A stretch of DNA of 64,000 nucleotides from the human T2T-CHM13v2.0 reference genome, Homo sapiens, in NCBI RefSeq assembly GCF_009914755.1, contig NC_060940.1, one strand, 5' to 3'. The position numbers and the translations under genes are program-made. Of the stretch, positions 21,819-42,581 are shown one piece after another (position 1 is the first letter of the stretch; every line of letters begins with the position of its first letter). Below the pieces are notes generated by a model that searched no databases, was not told the DNA's origin, and saw only the letters and a program-made list of their open reading frames with translations.

Positions 21819-23341
21819 TGAGGCTTTTGATCTGTTATTCACCTGCAAAGTGGGAATTGTGTGGCCACCCCCAATCCCAGGAGGTGGGGCAAAATGGAAG
21901 GACAGAAGGTACCAAACCAAATGGCCTTACCGCCACAGGGCATTCACACAGCTTCCACATCCTGGGCCTCAAGGACGCCTACTGACTGACAGGTCTCTGT
22001 ACAAGCTCTGGTCTGTCCTGATCCTCCTTCTCCCTTCCTATGCCAGGAAGCCCTCCCTGATGGCCTTGGCCCCTGATGAGTCTCCCTTCCTGCAGTCCCC
22101 CTTTTCCCCCTAGAAAGCACTCTAGAACTTCCCACCCCCAAAGTAAACAAGATGAGGAAGCATAGCTAGAGCCAGGTTTTGGATTTCCAGATCGAAGTGC
22201 AAAGCCAAGCTTGCCACTCTATCCTGTGTGACCTTGGACAAGTTCCTCACCCTCTCGGAGCCTATTTACTTATCAGTAAATCCAGATAAGATCATCCTTC
22301 TCCCCACGGCTTGGGGAGGCTTGAAAAAATGAGAGATGGGCACCTAACAGCACTACTTTATACTTATTGTAAAAAGGCTTTGGGAGCTCCCCATAAGCAA
22401 ATAACCACGCCTTCTGCATTCTTCCACCTGAGCTACACAAAAATCTGTAGCACTGATGCCTTTTTTTTTTAAAACCAAAAGAGTTATCTGTAGATCAAAC
22501 TTGCCTGCCTTGTGACATGAATCCATTGGCAAGAGAAAACAAAACAAAACAAAACAAAGACCTGCCTCCTTTTTTAGACGCTATCTGCATAGATTCTTCA
22601 TGTTTCCCTTTTTGCCTAGGCTGCTAGGAAGTTCAACAAATAATCAACAGCCTTAAACTTGCTGCAAGTCAATTCTCCCCTCCACACCACCAGCTTTTAA
22701 AGATACATCGCTTTAACTCTTCTGTCTTATGTGGTTTAATATCATATTCCATCTGGTGTTCTTTCTGAATCTACAAGGAATAACGATAGTGATAAATCAA
22801 TGAACACCACCAGACATCTGTGAAGAATACTGAGATTGGTTCTTCAGGACACATTCTGATACCGAATGAAAAGTGTATCTCCTTCTCCAGGAGCTGGGAG
22901 CCTTTCTACCCACCTCCCCTTCCTCCCACCATACCAGGAACATTCATCAAATCCTGGGAAACAGAAGGGTTTGATGGAGAATTAGCTTCCATTTTCTCAT
23001 TTATTTCCTGCTCCATGCAGCCTTCTCTGATCCCTCTGGGAGAAGCACATCCTCTGGGCACCTCTCTCACTGACCAAGAGCTCCTGGAAAGCAGGCTGTG
23101 GGCCCAGGGTCCCCACCACTCCCTCCATAATGACAGATCCTGGGAAGGTAGCAGCAAAGCCACACGTGGTCATTAAGACCATAGGCCAGAAAAGTCAGAA
23201 AAATCACTCCTGTGGAGGAGGGCTGTGAGATCTTGGGCAAAGAACTGGCCTCTGAGCCTCAGTTTTCTCACCTAAAATGGGGCCGACTAAGAAGATCTAA
23301 AGGCCTTGGCAAAGGGCCTGAGCCTAGTGCTGGCCTGATAG

Positions 23342-23780
<439 letters not shown>

Positions 23781-26376
23781 CCCAACAAGCAGATTTCTAA
23801 GGCACTAAAATGTGCAGGTCATTTTCAGAACTCTGATGGAAGACCCTCATCCCCTCAAAGGCACTGCAGGTAGGGAGCAAAAGGAGCCCACTTCCCTCAC
23901 ACCCAGTCCCTGAGAGTCAAGAGACCCAAGTGCCAAGCTCTATTACAGGACTCCTGGCAAGTCCTTCTAACTAGACCTCAATGTCTACGTCTGTGTAATG
24001 GGACCCAGATGCGCAGGGCTGGATTGCTGAGGCCACAGGGGATGCCCCCACCCATCCCAACCCCAATCAGGAACACAAGCCTGCCCTAGAGGAAGCTACC
24101 AAGACCCTTGCGGCCCACAGCAGCAACATCCTCCTCTTACTCCAATGCCTTCCATTCCCCCTATTGCCCCTATTGCTAGTCTCTTTCTTTTTTCTTTTCT
24201 TTTTTTTTTTTTGTGTGTGTGTTTGTCTGTTTGAGACAAAGTCTCATTCTGTCACCCAGGCTGGAGTGCAGTGGTGCGATCAAAGTCACTGTAGCCTCAA
24301 ACTCCCAGGCACAAGGGGTCCTCCTACCTCAGCCTCCCAAGTAGCTGAGACCACAGGCGCATACCACCATGCCTGGCTATTTTTTTTTTCCTTTTTTTTG
24401 TAGAGACAGGGTCTCAATATGTTGCCCAGGCTGGTCTTGAACTTCTGGCCACAAGCAATCCTCCTGTCCATCAGGGGCCAGCCTCAGGATCCACCTCACC
24501 AGGGATGCTGAGGGATCCCTCACAGGGATCTTGCCAGTCATCATCCTCCACCCAGCAAGATCCCTCTTCTGTTCCAAAACCTCTTAAGGCCACCAACAGA
24601 ACCTAGACCCTGTAGCTCGCAGAAGTTACACAAGGCCCTTGGCTTCTGTCCACACCAGAAACAAGTGCTTCAACTCCAGCACCACCAACCTGTTGGCTAC
24701 TCCCTGCAAATTAATTCAACTTTCTCATCACCACATCTTGGCTCACACTGTTCCCTGCCCTTGGAACACCCTTTCCCTGCGTCTGCCTCAGATTTCAGTG
24801 AAGTCTCTGCTCAAAAACCACCTCCTCCAACAAGCCTTCCTGGTCGTGAAATTGCTCTCCTTCTCCTCTGCCCTTTCGCACCACTTCTCACACCCACCTG
24901 GCTCTCCCCTGGGCAGCCAGGCAGCTGCTCATGGCTGTGCCCCTCACAACCAGCCCAGAGCAGAGCATTCTAGCGGTGGCGGGGTCAGTGGCTCTCCCCA
25001 TCTGCAGAATTAAATGATTCCAGGAACTAGACCTCTTCCCTCAGAAGACAGAATCTTCTCCCCTTCTCCCCCACCCCCCAAAAGAGAAACAAACAAAAAA
25101 CTCTGGGAGAACTGTTAAAAATGAATTTCTGGCTGTACTTCCTGAGATTCAAATTCCGATTGCACATTTTTTTCCGGGGGTGGAGTCCAATAATCTAAAT
25201 TTTAAACAAACCCGCCAGGAGATTCAGAGGTTGGGGAGGGGGCCCACAGAGATCTGAGAAATCCTGAAATGAGATAGCACTGACCCAGGTAGAGGTGGGC
25301 CCGCACCTGGAGAGGTCAGGGAAGGGAGACTGGACCTCAGCCCAGGGTCTGGCACCAAAGCAACCACCCTGCCCTCTAGCTTGGGCCTCGCAGCAGCGCT
25401 AGCACCCAGCAATAGGAGACAATGGGAAATGTCCACTCGCTGGATTGCTAAGAAATACAGGTCCTGGCCCAACTCCAATTCCACCTGAGTCCTCTGAAAA
25501 TGTATCAGGCCCTCACCCACCCAGGGCACCCACCCAGCTTCCAGACCCTCACGAAAGGGTGGCAGAGGAAGAAGCTAACATCCGGGCCTGTGGCTGGTGT
25601 GGGAGTGGAGGATGTTCCCATGGGTCCGCCTCAGTTGGGGTCTGTACAGGGGTCTGGGAGAGAGTAGGAGTCTTGCCCCTGGCTACCCACAAACCCCTCC
25701 CTCCAGCGATATCTCGGTCCCGTGGGGCTGGCTAAACCGGCTGAAACCTGGCGGGTCACCCAGAGAAAGCTAGAAGAGCCCGGCTCCCGCGCGGGCGCCC
25801 ACAGGGTAGTGCCTGAGTGTGCGTGTTGGGGAGTCGGATGTGCCCTCTAGATTAGATGAGGAATGTTCATGGGTGCGGCCACCCGGAGCCGCTGGGAGCG
25901 GGACAGAAGGTGGTCAGAGAGTGGACTTTGCCTCAGACTGGGTTCCCTAGAGGGCTGGGGGCACTGTCCGGGCAGAAAGAGGGGTGAAAAAGAGAGAGGA
26001 GGGAAGGGAGGGCTGGGAAGGGTTGGCGGGTTGTGCGCAGTGACTGTGGCTCCGGTGGGGGCTTCTGTGGCCGCTGGTAACCACCTTGGAGGGGGCACGA
26101 TGGGGCACGGGCAGTGGGCACTCTGTACACGGTGCAGGGTGCTCACGCTCGCAGCGACGGCCACGGGGTAGTGTCGTGGTGAGAGGGATGCAGGGCGATC
26201 TTGGGGGCGTCCGTGCGGGAAGCGCCCTAGGGGTACGCGCAGCGCGTCGGTGACAGTGTGAGCCCGGGTGGGGAGCGCAAGGTTCGCGAAAAATGAACGC
26301 AGCGCCGGAGTCCCTCACCCATCCTGGCCGGACCGGGAGCCCCCGGCCAACCCCGTGGGCCCGCGCGTGCTCTCAC

Positions 26377-26511
26377 CAGCTGCAGCAGCATGAGCGCCCC
26401 GAGGCGGGAGCGCACGAAGCCCAGGTCCGGGCGCAGCGCCGACACCGAGGCTTCGGCGCCCTGCGCAGGACTGCTGGTCCGCGTGCTAACTTTCGACGGG
26501 AACTCGGCCAT
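26377..26511 (-). CDS. PLLP: Plasmolipin (MARVEL/MAL family tetraspan proteolipid), coding exon 1 (aa 1-45)
   Basis: Translates MAEFPSKVSTRTSSPAQGAEASVSALRPDLGFVRSRLGALMLLQL, the plasmolipin N-terminus as I recognise it. Perfect Kozak GCCGCCATGG; donor CTG|GTGAGA at 26376; 135 nt, phase 0; inside a CpG island. Confidence 0.97.
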
Positions 26512-26688
26512 GGCGGCTCCGCTTGCCTCCCGAGGTCGCTACGGCCGCCGTCGCCGCCCCTCCAGCGGTGGGTGCCGGCTCCCGCGCCGCTTTTCCCCCA
26601 GGCTCCGGATCCCTGTGTGGCTCCAGGCGCTGCAGGAGGCGTCGGGGCTGGGAGCCTGGGGCGCCAGGTGCGGCCGAGATCCCGGCTC

Positions 26689-26697
26689 CGCCCCCGC
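26689..26697 (-). promoter_or_regulatory. EGR-family consensus site overlapping an Sp/KLF GC box
   Basis: CGCCCCCGC (+) = GCGGGGGCG (-), an exact EGR consensus. Motif match only. Confidence 0.45.
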
Positions 26698-26785
26698 CGC
26701 CGGGGCCGCCCCCTTAACCCTTTGCTCGCCGCCGCCGCCCCAGCCGCGACCGGTTCGTGGGCAGCCGCGTCCACTCCCCGGACCA

Positions 26786-26793
26786 GTAAACAA
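26786..26793 (+). promoter_or_regulatory. Forkhead (FOX) consensus site
   Basis: GTAAACAA, an AT-rich exact match inside otherwise GC-rich promoter DNA. Confidence 0.45.
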
Positions 26794-26870
26794 CCCCGGG
26801 TCCGTGAATCGGCTCCGCCAGCACCAGCCTAGACCGCTTCGCCGGCCTCCCCCGGGGCAAGCCGCCCGCT

Positions 26871-26880
26871 GGGAATTTCC
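26871..26880 (+). promoter_or_regulatory. NF-kB consensus site
   Basis: GGGAATTTCC, an exact kB match about 360 bp upstream of the PLLP ATG. Confidence 0.5.
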
Positions 26881-27689
26881 CGGCTCTCGCCCAGGCCGTG
26901 GTAGCTTCCGCGCCTAGGGATAAACTTGTGGTAGCTCGCGGGGGACACCGCTCTCCCAGGCGCTTTCTACGCGCTGTGCACCCTCGGCCTAGGCCCCGGC
27001 GCAGCGACTCTTGAAGAGTCCCGGGAGAAGGCTGGATGCGGTGGCTCCTGCCTCTGATCGCAGCACTTTGGGAGGCTAAGGTGAAAGGATAATTTCAGGC
27101 CAAGAGTTCGAGACCAGCCTGGGTAACACAGTGAGACGCCCCCCCTCCCCCCGTCTGTATTTTATAGAAAAGAAAGTAAAGAAGAATCCTGGGAGACCCA
27201 GCGCGGGGAAGGGGAGGGTCTGGGTAAGCGGTGGGTAAGCGGTAGAAGGGGGAGGTCCTTTTCTGCCTATTAATGCTGTTTTCACTTCTGAACATATTTT
27301 ATATAACTTAGATGATCGCGGAGCCTCAGTTTCCTCGTCTGTCATATAGATACGAAGGAAACCTGCCTCACAGAGCGTTGTAGGGAATAAATGAAATATT
27401 CCCCAGAAAGCTCCTGACAGCGTGAGGGAGGAGGGGTCACTCAGAAGATGGGAGGTCATATACAGTTTCATTGCCACACATGCACCCTAAAATACTTACA
27501 CACACACACACACCTCTTGAGCCTAGAGGTTTGCACAGATAGGTCATCATGCATTCATCAACCAATGTTTGCTGAACACCTACTACATGCCAGGCCCTGT
27601 GGATACAGCAGGAAACGAAGTAGACAAGGCCTTCTTGGCTCCCACATTTTTTTTTTCCCAAATACCCACTTAAAAAGAGAGCCACTTAA

Positions 27690-29690
<2,001 letters not shown>

Positions 29691-29691
29691 C

Positions 29692-31089
<1,398 letters not shown>

Positions 31090-31120
31090 ATGATGGAGAA
31101 GGGCTAACATTTTATTTTAA

Positions 31121-31306
<186 letters not shown>

Positions 31307-32717
31307 TAGTAGAGATAGAGTTTCACCGTGTTAGCCAGGATGGTCTCGATCTCCTGACCGCGTGATCTGCCTGCTTTGGCCTCCCAAAGTGCTGGGATTA
31401 CAGACGTGAGCCACTGCGCCCGGCCAAGGCCTGGAGTGTTTTAAGCAGGCGAGAGACAAGCTCTGATGAACACTTTAAAAATATCACTGGTTGATGCTGA
31501 CTTAACCCTTTACTCAACGGGATGTTCAACCCCCTCCCCTCAATGCACCTGAGCCCCTTCCCCTGTCCCAGCACCCCACTTGCAGTAGGTGCTCTGGAAA
31601 TGAGGAGTCTTCTTGGTAGCTGCAAAATTGTTACTCAGAGACCAGCCTCTCTGCAGACAAGTCCAAGTGCAGAACAAAGCTCGGGTGAGCCCTTAATTTT
31701 ATTGTGACACAGAAAACAAAAAGATGATTGTTTCTGAGGCAGATTCTAAAACAGTAGGGTGTTTTTGTTTTGGTTTTGGTTTGGATTTTGTGGGTTTTTT
31801 TTTTTTTGTTAATCCCACTTTCATTCTTTTCAAATGGCAGCAAGCAAGACTGAAAAGACTGAATCACTCCACTGTTTTTCACTTTGACATTTTCTCCCAA
31901 ACCAACTTCACTCGCCCCCCAGTCAGAAAAAGTGGGAAGGAACCTGTCCCCAGACTGGAACCAGCTGCCCACCCACAGTCTCCGCTGGCGCCACGGGGTC
32001 CTGGATTCTTAGGATGGGGTGGGGGGACAGACAGCCTGTCTACTGCCAGGACCGGCCTCCCCTTCCCGGGCTCTGAGCAGCCTATCTCCACACGGGATAC
32101 CTGCAGTACATGTCTTGCCTCAGTTTTCTCCAGTTCTACAAAAGTTCCCTGCTCTGACCTTATCCCCACTGCGTACTGGGCCTGCCCAGCTGTGGCCCCA
32201 GCTACTCAGCTACTCAGCAGTGGGGGTTCAGGCACGAAGCAGATGTTTAGTGTGTGCCTCGGGAGTGCCAGGCCCTGGGGATGGAGCTGTGAGCTGTGAT
32301 GAGGGCCCCCACCTTCAAGGAGTCTAGTGGGGGAGACAGACAGTCTAGATGTACAAACCCACCAAGAAATAGCAACTCACCAGTAGTGATGATGTCACCA
32401 CAGAAAAAGGGCAGGGAGCCAGGGGAGAGAGTAATTCTGAGGATTGGGAGTTGTCATTTAGATAACTGGGTCAAGGAAGGTCTAAACATTTTAGCAGAGA
32501 CCTGGAGGATGAACAAGAATCAGACAGGAGAAGAACATTGCAGGCAGGGAAAACTGCCTTCTGTGCAAAGGCCCTGAGTCAGGGAAGACTTTGAGATCTC
32601 TGAGGAAGCACCGAGGGATAAGAGTTGGGAAGATAGGGAGAGATGAGGTTCAACAGGCAGCCAAGAGTCAGATCACTTGGGTCTTAAACCACTGAAGGAT
32701 TTACACTATTAGATTTA

Positions 32718-33930
<1,213 letters not shown>

Positions 33931-34089
33931 CTTTTACAATTTTAAGAAATTCACAGAAAGGTTCCCATGGGAGTTCATCTAACAGCTTCCAAAAGCCAAC
34001 TTCAACGAGTTGCTGATTGCAGTCAACAAATATTGATTGAGTACTTTTCCAACTGGCCCTATGCTTGGTGCTGTGGGAATGGTTCCTTT

Positions 34090-34380
34090 TTTTTTAAAAT
34101 ACATTTTATTGTGTATATATAAGATATACAATATGTTGTAAGATACATATAGAGTAAAATGGTTACTGTAGTGAAACAAACTAACATATCCATCATTTCA
34201 CATGGGTACCCATTTTCCTCCCTGTGGCAAGAGCAGCTATAATCTGCTCATTTAGCAAAGATCCTGAATACAACACACTGTTATTAACTATAACCCTCAT
34301 GCTGTACATTAGGTCTTTCCACTTCTTCATCCTACATGTTTGCCACTCTGTACCCTTTGACCTACATCTCCCCATTTCCT
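34090..34380 (-). mobile_element. L1MA 3' end fragment
   Basis: GTGGCAAGAGCAGCTATAATCT, TATTAACTATA..CTCATGCTGTACATTAG, CCTTTGACCTACATCTCCCCATTT. Confidence 0.75.
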
Positions 34381-34392
34381 AGTTAGTTTTGA

Positions 34393-34560
<168 letters not shown>

Positions 34561-34684
34561 TAGTAGAGACCGGGTTTCATCGTGTTAGCCAGGATGGTCT
34601 CAATCTCCTGACCTCGTGATCCGCCTGCCTCGGCTTTCCAAAGTGCTGGGATTACAGGCGTGAACCACCTACCCAGCAAGATCT

Positions 34685-35255
34685 AGCTTTTGTGCTCAGC
34701 CTCTGGGTGTTGACCTCTAAACCCTTGGAATGTCATATCTGATAGTCATTGTTTAGGGTGGAGCTGGCCACACCTGATAGTCTAACAATGTGGTTTAGCC
34801 TGGGGTCTGGCTGCAGCAGGTCACCGAACAGTGTGGCTTAGGGTGGAAGCTTTGGGACACAAGATATGGACCCACATAGCTGGACCTTAGGAGGAGCTGG
34901 AGTCTGAGATTTGCCACCTGGGCAGTCAACCCTGCCTGCATGATGGGACCTCAATAAAGACTCTAGACACCAAGACAGTGAGTTTACTAGGGTGGCAATA
35001 GTCTGTGCACATTGTCACACATTGATGCTGGGAAAGTAACGCTGTCCCTGATTCCACAGGGAGAGGATAATGGAGGTTCCAGGTTTGGAACTTTCCTAGC
35101 CCCTTCCCTATACACCATTTCCCTTGGCTGGTTTTAATCCATATCCTTCAGCTGTAATAAACTGCAGCTATGGTTATACAGCTTGCAGCGAGTTCTGTGA
35201 GTCCTGGCTGATTATGGAACCTAAGGATGGTTTGGGGAAACCCTGAACTCTGTCG
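34685..35255 (+). mobile_element. MER21/MER77-like ERVL LTR
   Basis: CCTCTAAACCCTTGGAAT, CAATAAAGACTCTAGACACCAAG, ATTGTCACACATTGATGCTGGGA, GAGTTCTGTGAGTCCT motifs. Confidence 0.6.
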
Positions 35256-35263
35256 TTGTGTGA

Positions 35264-35575
<312 letters not shown>

Positions 35576-35604
35576 TAGGTGTGATCCACCGAGCTCAGCC
35601 CAGC

Positions 35605-37385
<1,781 letters not shown>

Positions 37386-37529
37386 GGCTGGACTGTGGCT
37401 CACACCTGTAATCCCAGCACTTTGGGAGGCCCAGGTGGGCTGATCGCTTGAGCCCAGGAGTCTGAGATCAGTGTGGCCAACATGGTGAAACCCTGTTTCT
37501 ACCAAAAAAATACAAAAATTAGCCAGTCA

Positions 37530-37786
<257 letters not shown>

Positions 37787-38025
37787 TGATCCTCTCACCT
37801 CAGCTTCCCAAGTAACTGGGACCCCAGGTGTGAGCCACCTTGCCTGGCTATTTTTTTTTTTTTTAGAGTCGGGTCTCACTATGTTGCCCAGGCTACATTT
37901 GTGTCACAACTAATGAGCCAATATTGCTACATTGTTATTAAATACTTATTCAGAGTTCTTCAGTTTTCTCCCAATGTGCTTTTTCTGTTTCCAGGATACC
38001 ATCTGGGATACCACAGTACATTTAG

Positions 38026-38448
<423 letters not shown>

Positions 38449-38540
38449 TAGGATGTTCCTCAATTGCGATTTGTCTGATATTATTTTGTCATGATTAGAC
38501 TTTGAGTAATGTATTTTTGGAAGGAAGACTACAGAGGTAA

Positions 38541-38955
<415 letters not shown>

Positions 38956-39537
38956 TAACTCTTTGTCTTGAGATTTTTCCGTGGTATGAACCCTTTTATT
39001 TTTTTATTTTTTATTTTTGTAAAGTAGGTTTGTGTTATTTATTTCTTTCATCACACAGTAAATATGGACCAAGCCCTATTATGTGCCAGGCCCTAGCCCC
39101 AGGGGTCCGGCTAATCACCAAGCCACAGATGGGGGGTGTTAGGGAGAGCCATTAAAAAAAGGATTACCCAGATAATGTGTTCATTACAGATGTGCTTGGA
39201 TGGAGATCCAGGGAGCTGGGAGAGTCTGTGCCAGACAACTCGATTTGTAGGGGTGAGCAGGGAAGGCTTCCCGGTGGTGGAAAGATCTGGAGTGTGAGGG
39301 TGGCCTTCTTGGTGTTGAACAGAGAGACAAGGCCCTGGCCAGAGCTGCCTCCAGAGAAGCAGAGAGGGGCACAGGTGGGAGAAGTTCTGATCCCTCACTT
39401 CCTGGGGTCCCTGAGATCCAGCAACCTGCCTGCCCACCCTTCCCTCTGTCTCATGAGCCAACAAATCTCCCTTTTTTGCCAAAACGAGGGCAAGCTGAGT
39501 TTCTGTCTTTTACACCCAAAGAAACCGATGAATGGCG

Positions 39538-40054
39538 TTACAGTCCCCCAGCGTTTTTGGCACCAGGGACTGGGACTGGTTCTGTGGAAGACTATTTTTC
39601 CAGAGGAGGTAGGGGTGGGTTAGGAGGGTGGTTTTGGGATGATTCAAGCACATTATGTTCATAGTGCACTTTATTTCTATTATTATAACATTGTAATAGA
39701 TAATGACATAATTATACAACTCACCATAATGTAGAATCAGTGGGATCCCTGAGTTTGTTTTCCTGCAACTGGACGGTCCTATCTGGAGGTGATGGGAGAT
39801 CATCAGGCATTAGATTCTCATAAAGAGTGTGCAGCCTAATCCCTTGCACGCACAGTTCACAATAGGGTTCACGCTGCTATGAGGATCTAATGCTGCCCCT
39901 GATCTGACAGGAGGCGGAGCTCAGGCGATAATGCAAGCGATGGGGAGTGGCTGTAGATACAGATGCAGCTTCCTTAGCTTGTGTGTGGCTCACCTCCTGC
40001 TATGCCGCCGGTTCCTCACACGTCACAGACCGCTATAGGGGTTAGGGACCCCTG
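39538..40054 (+). mobile_element. MER1A (hAT-Charlie non-autonomous DNA transposon)
   Basis: TTTTTGGCACCAGGGACTGG, CAACTCACCATAATGTAGAATCAGTGGGA, GCATTAGATTCTCATAA, CTGACAGGAGGCGGAGCTCAGG; ends GGGACCCCTG. Confidence 0.85.
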
Positions 40055-40334
40055 CCCCAACTCCTCCCTTCCTTCCTGTATGGCTGAGAGAGGTGAAGTG
40101 ATCTACCCAAGGTCACACGGCAGGAATTCAAACGCAGTACTTCTCAACCTGTTCAAGGTTTAGCAGGGGCCTCCGGGATCCACCAGCCACGTTTGTGATG
40201 AGGGGGGAGGTGAACTCAGAGCAGTTTTGGGGAGACTGAACAGCGAAGTGGTGGGGAAAGTTGGTTTCAGACCAAAGATATTATAGAAAATTACCCCTGG
40301 ATGGAATCTTCCAAATCAAATTGTGCTTTAGGGC

Positions 40335-41088
<754 letters not shown>

Positions 41089-41922
41089 CTTGAATCTCCT
41101 TGGCAGCATTTCCACCAAGTGACCATCGATCCTCGTCTTGAATGCCTCCAGCGACAGGGATATCACTACCAATACAGTCACCCTGTTTCCTTTCCAGCAA
41201 ACTCTTTCTTCTCCCAAACCCATCCTCTGTAACTATTCACCCACTGCACCCCCACCTCGGGCCCCAGTTCTTGGAGCAAAAAGGACAGGCAGACACAATC
41301 CCAACCCCTTGTATATCAGGCTTTTGTAGACAGATAATAATTCTCTTCCCCAAGCTTAACAATCTCCAACTTTTTCCCTTGATCAGCTTATTAGAAAGGT
41401 CTAAAAGCCAACTCTTTCTGAATGAGGCCCTAGGTAATCATTTGCAGAGTGGGATCTCCCAACCCAAGGCCTCCCGTCCTGAGGAGCGGATGACAAAAAC
41501 CTTATAGAGCGTCCTCCTTCCAACAATAATTCTCCAAACCCCGCCCCCTACTCCGCCAGTGCCCCATTCACAGCCCGAAACATCCGACCGGTATTAGTAA
41601 TAGTTCATAATACCACCACTTGAGGCTCAGAGCCTGGGCAGGCAGCTAGAATTTAGCAACGTTATTTCGTTTTCATTGTGTTTATTTCTGTTGATGGTAA
41701 GGGAAACTGATTTTCCATTTAAATTATCTGTGTATTCAGTTGAAAGCGCCAGTTTGACCACAGCAGTGAGTCTCGCTGCACCGGATGGGTTTGGTTGTGG
41801 ATAACCTAAGCTGCAGGCCGGACTCGGAACTGCCCGGGACACCGCCTCTGGGTTCTGAGTCCCGAGCGTCGTTGAAGCATGAGAGGAACTACATCAGACC
41901 CCAAAATAGTCTCTCCTAGGAA

Positions 41923-42005
41923 GTCAGGATGGCCGAGCGGTCTAAGGCGCTGCGTTCAGGTCGCAGTCTCCCCTGGAGGCGTGGGTTCGAATCCCACTTC
42001 TGACA
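41923..42005 (+). tRNA. TRL-CAG2-1: tRNA-Leu, anticodon CAG (Leu-CAG-2 isodecoder type)
   Basis: 83 nt GTCAGGATGGCCGAGCGGTCTAAGGCGCTGCGTTCAGGTCGCAGTCTCCCCTGGAGGCGTGGGTTCGAATCCCACTTCTGACA with A box, B box (GGTTCGAATCC), long variable arm and discriminator A. Copy numbering is from recall. Confidence 0.98.
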
Positions 42006-42012
42006 AGCGCTC

Positions 42013-42016
42013 TTTT
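42013..42016 (+). terminator. Pol III terminator (T4) of the plus-strand tRNA
   Basis: First TTTT run, 7 nt after the discriminator. Further T-runs at 42088-42091 and 42241-42246. Confidence 0.7.
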
Positions 42017-42296
42017 CCGGTATTTCAGAAGAGAAATCTTCGACGACCGCACACCAAGAGAGGCCCTCAAACACAGAGGACCGTACGTTTTACACACAAT
42101 CCAAAGTCTAAATGAATGTCTGTGGGGAAGAAAAAGTCTGACAGGACGTGGTCGTGTGATTCTGAACTCCCAACTTCGGAGGAGGTTGAGGCGGGAGGAT
42201 GTCGCCACCACACTCCAGCTTAGGCGACAGAGCGAGATTCTTTTTTAAAAAAGAAAATGCTCGTTAATAAGAAAATACTCGTTTTGTAAAACAATT

Positions 42297-42421
42297 AAGA
42301 TTATGCGAACATATACGCACAAGACATCATAACCTCATTGATCTGTAAAAGAATAAAAAAAGATTATAAGAACATATACACAGAACACATACACACAAGA
42401 CATCATAACCTCACTGATCTG
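42297..42421. repeat. Imperfect direct repeat between the tRNA genes
   Basis: AAGATTAT..GAACATATAC..CACAAGACATCATAACCTCA(T/C)TGATCTG at 42297-42345 and 42360-42421. Confidence 0.85.
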
Positions 42422-42435
42422 CGGTGTTGATGAGG

Positions 42436-42439
42436 AAAA
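42436..42439 (-). terminator. Pol III terminator (T4) of the minus-strand tRNA
   Basis: AAAA on + (TTTT on -), 12 nt after the discriminator. Backup run at 42355-42361. Confidence 0.7.
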
Positions 42440-42451
42440 GTAATTGAGCTC

Positions 42452-42534
42452 TGTCAGAAGTGGGATTCGAACCCACGCCTCCAGGGGAGACTGCGACCTG
42501 AACGCAGCGCCTTAGACCGCTCGGCCATCCTGAC
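42452..42534 (-). tRNA. TRL-CAG2-2: tRNA-Leu, anticodon CAG; identical inverted copy
   Basis: Exact reverse complement of 41923-42005. Copy numbering is from recall. Confidence 0.98.
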
Positions 42535-42581
42535 TGCTTGCAGTGTGTGGCGCATAAAGCCTCTTCACAAGTTCTGCAATA

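Larger units (their letters stand above)
25700..27020. promoter_or_regulatory. PLLP: CpG island / PLLP promoter and 5' UTR
   Basis: Very high GC and CpG density across exon 1 and upstream, with GC boxes. The first ATG upstream of the start codon on the minus strand is absent from at least 26512-26700. Confidence 0.9.

Noticed and set aside
26293-26917. Long antisense ORFs (179 and 175 aa) over PLLP exon 1
   Set aside because: Expected from stop-codon scarcity in a CpG island; low-complexity Arg/Pro/Ala content.
41886-41903. ACTACA element upstream of the tRNA resembling a ZNF143/THAP11 motif
   Set aside because: Lacks the downstream TCCCA half; too weak to call.
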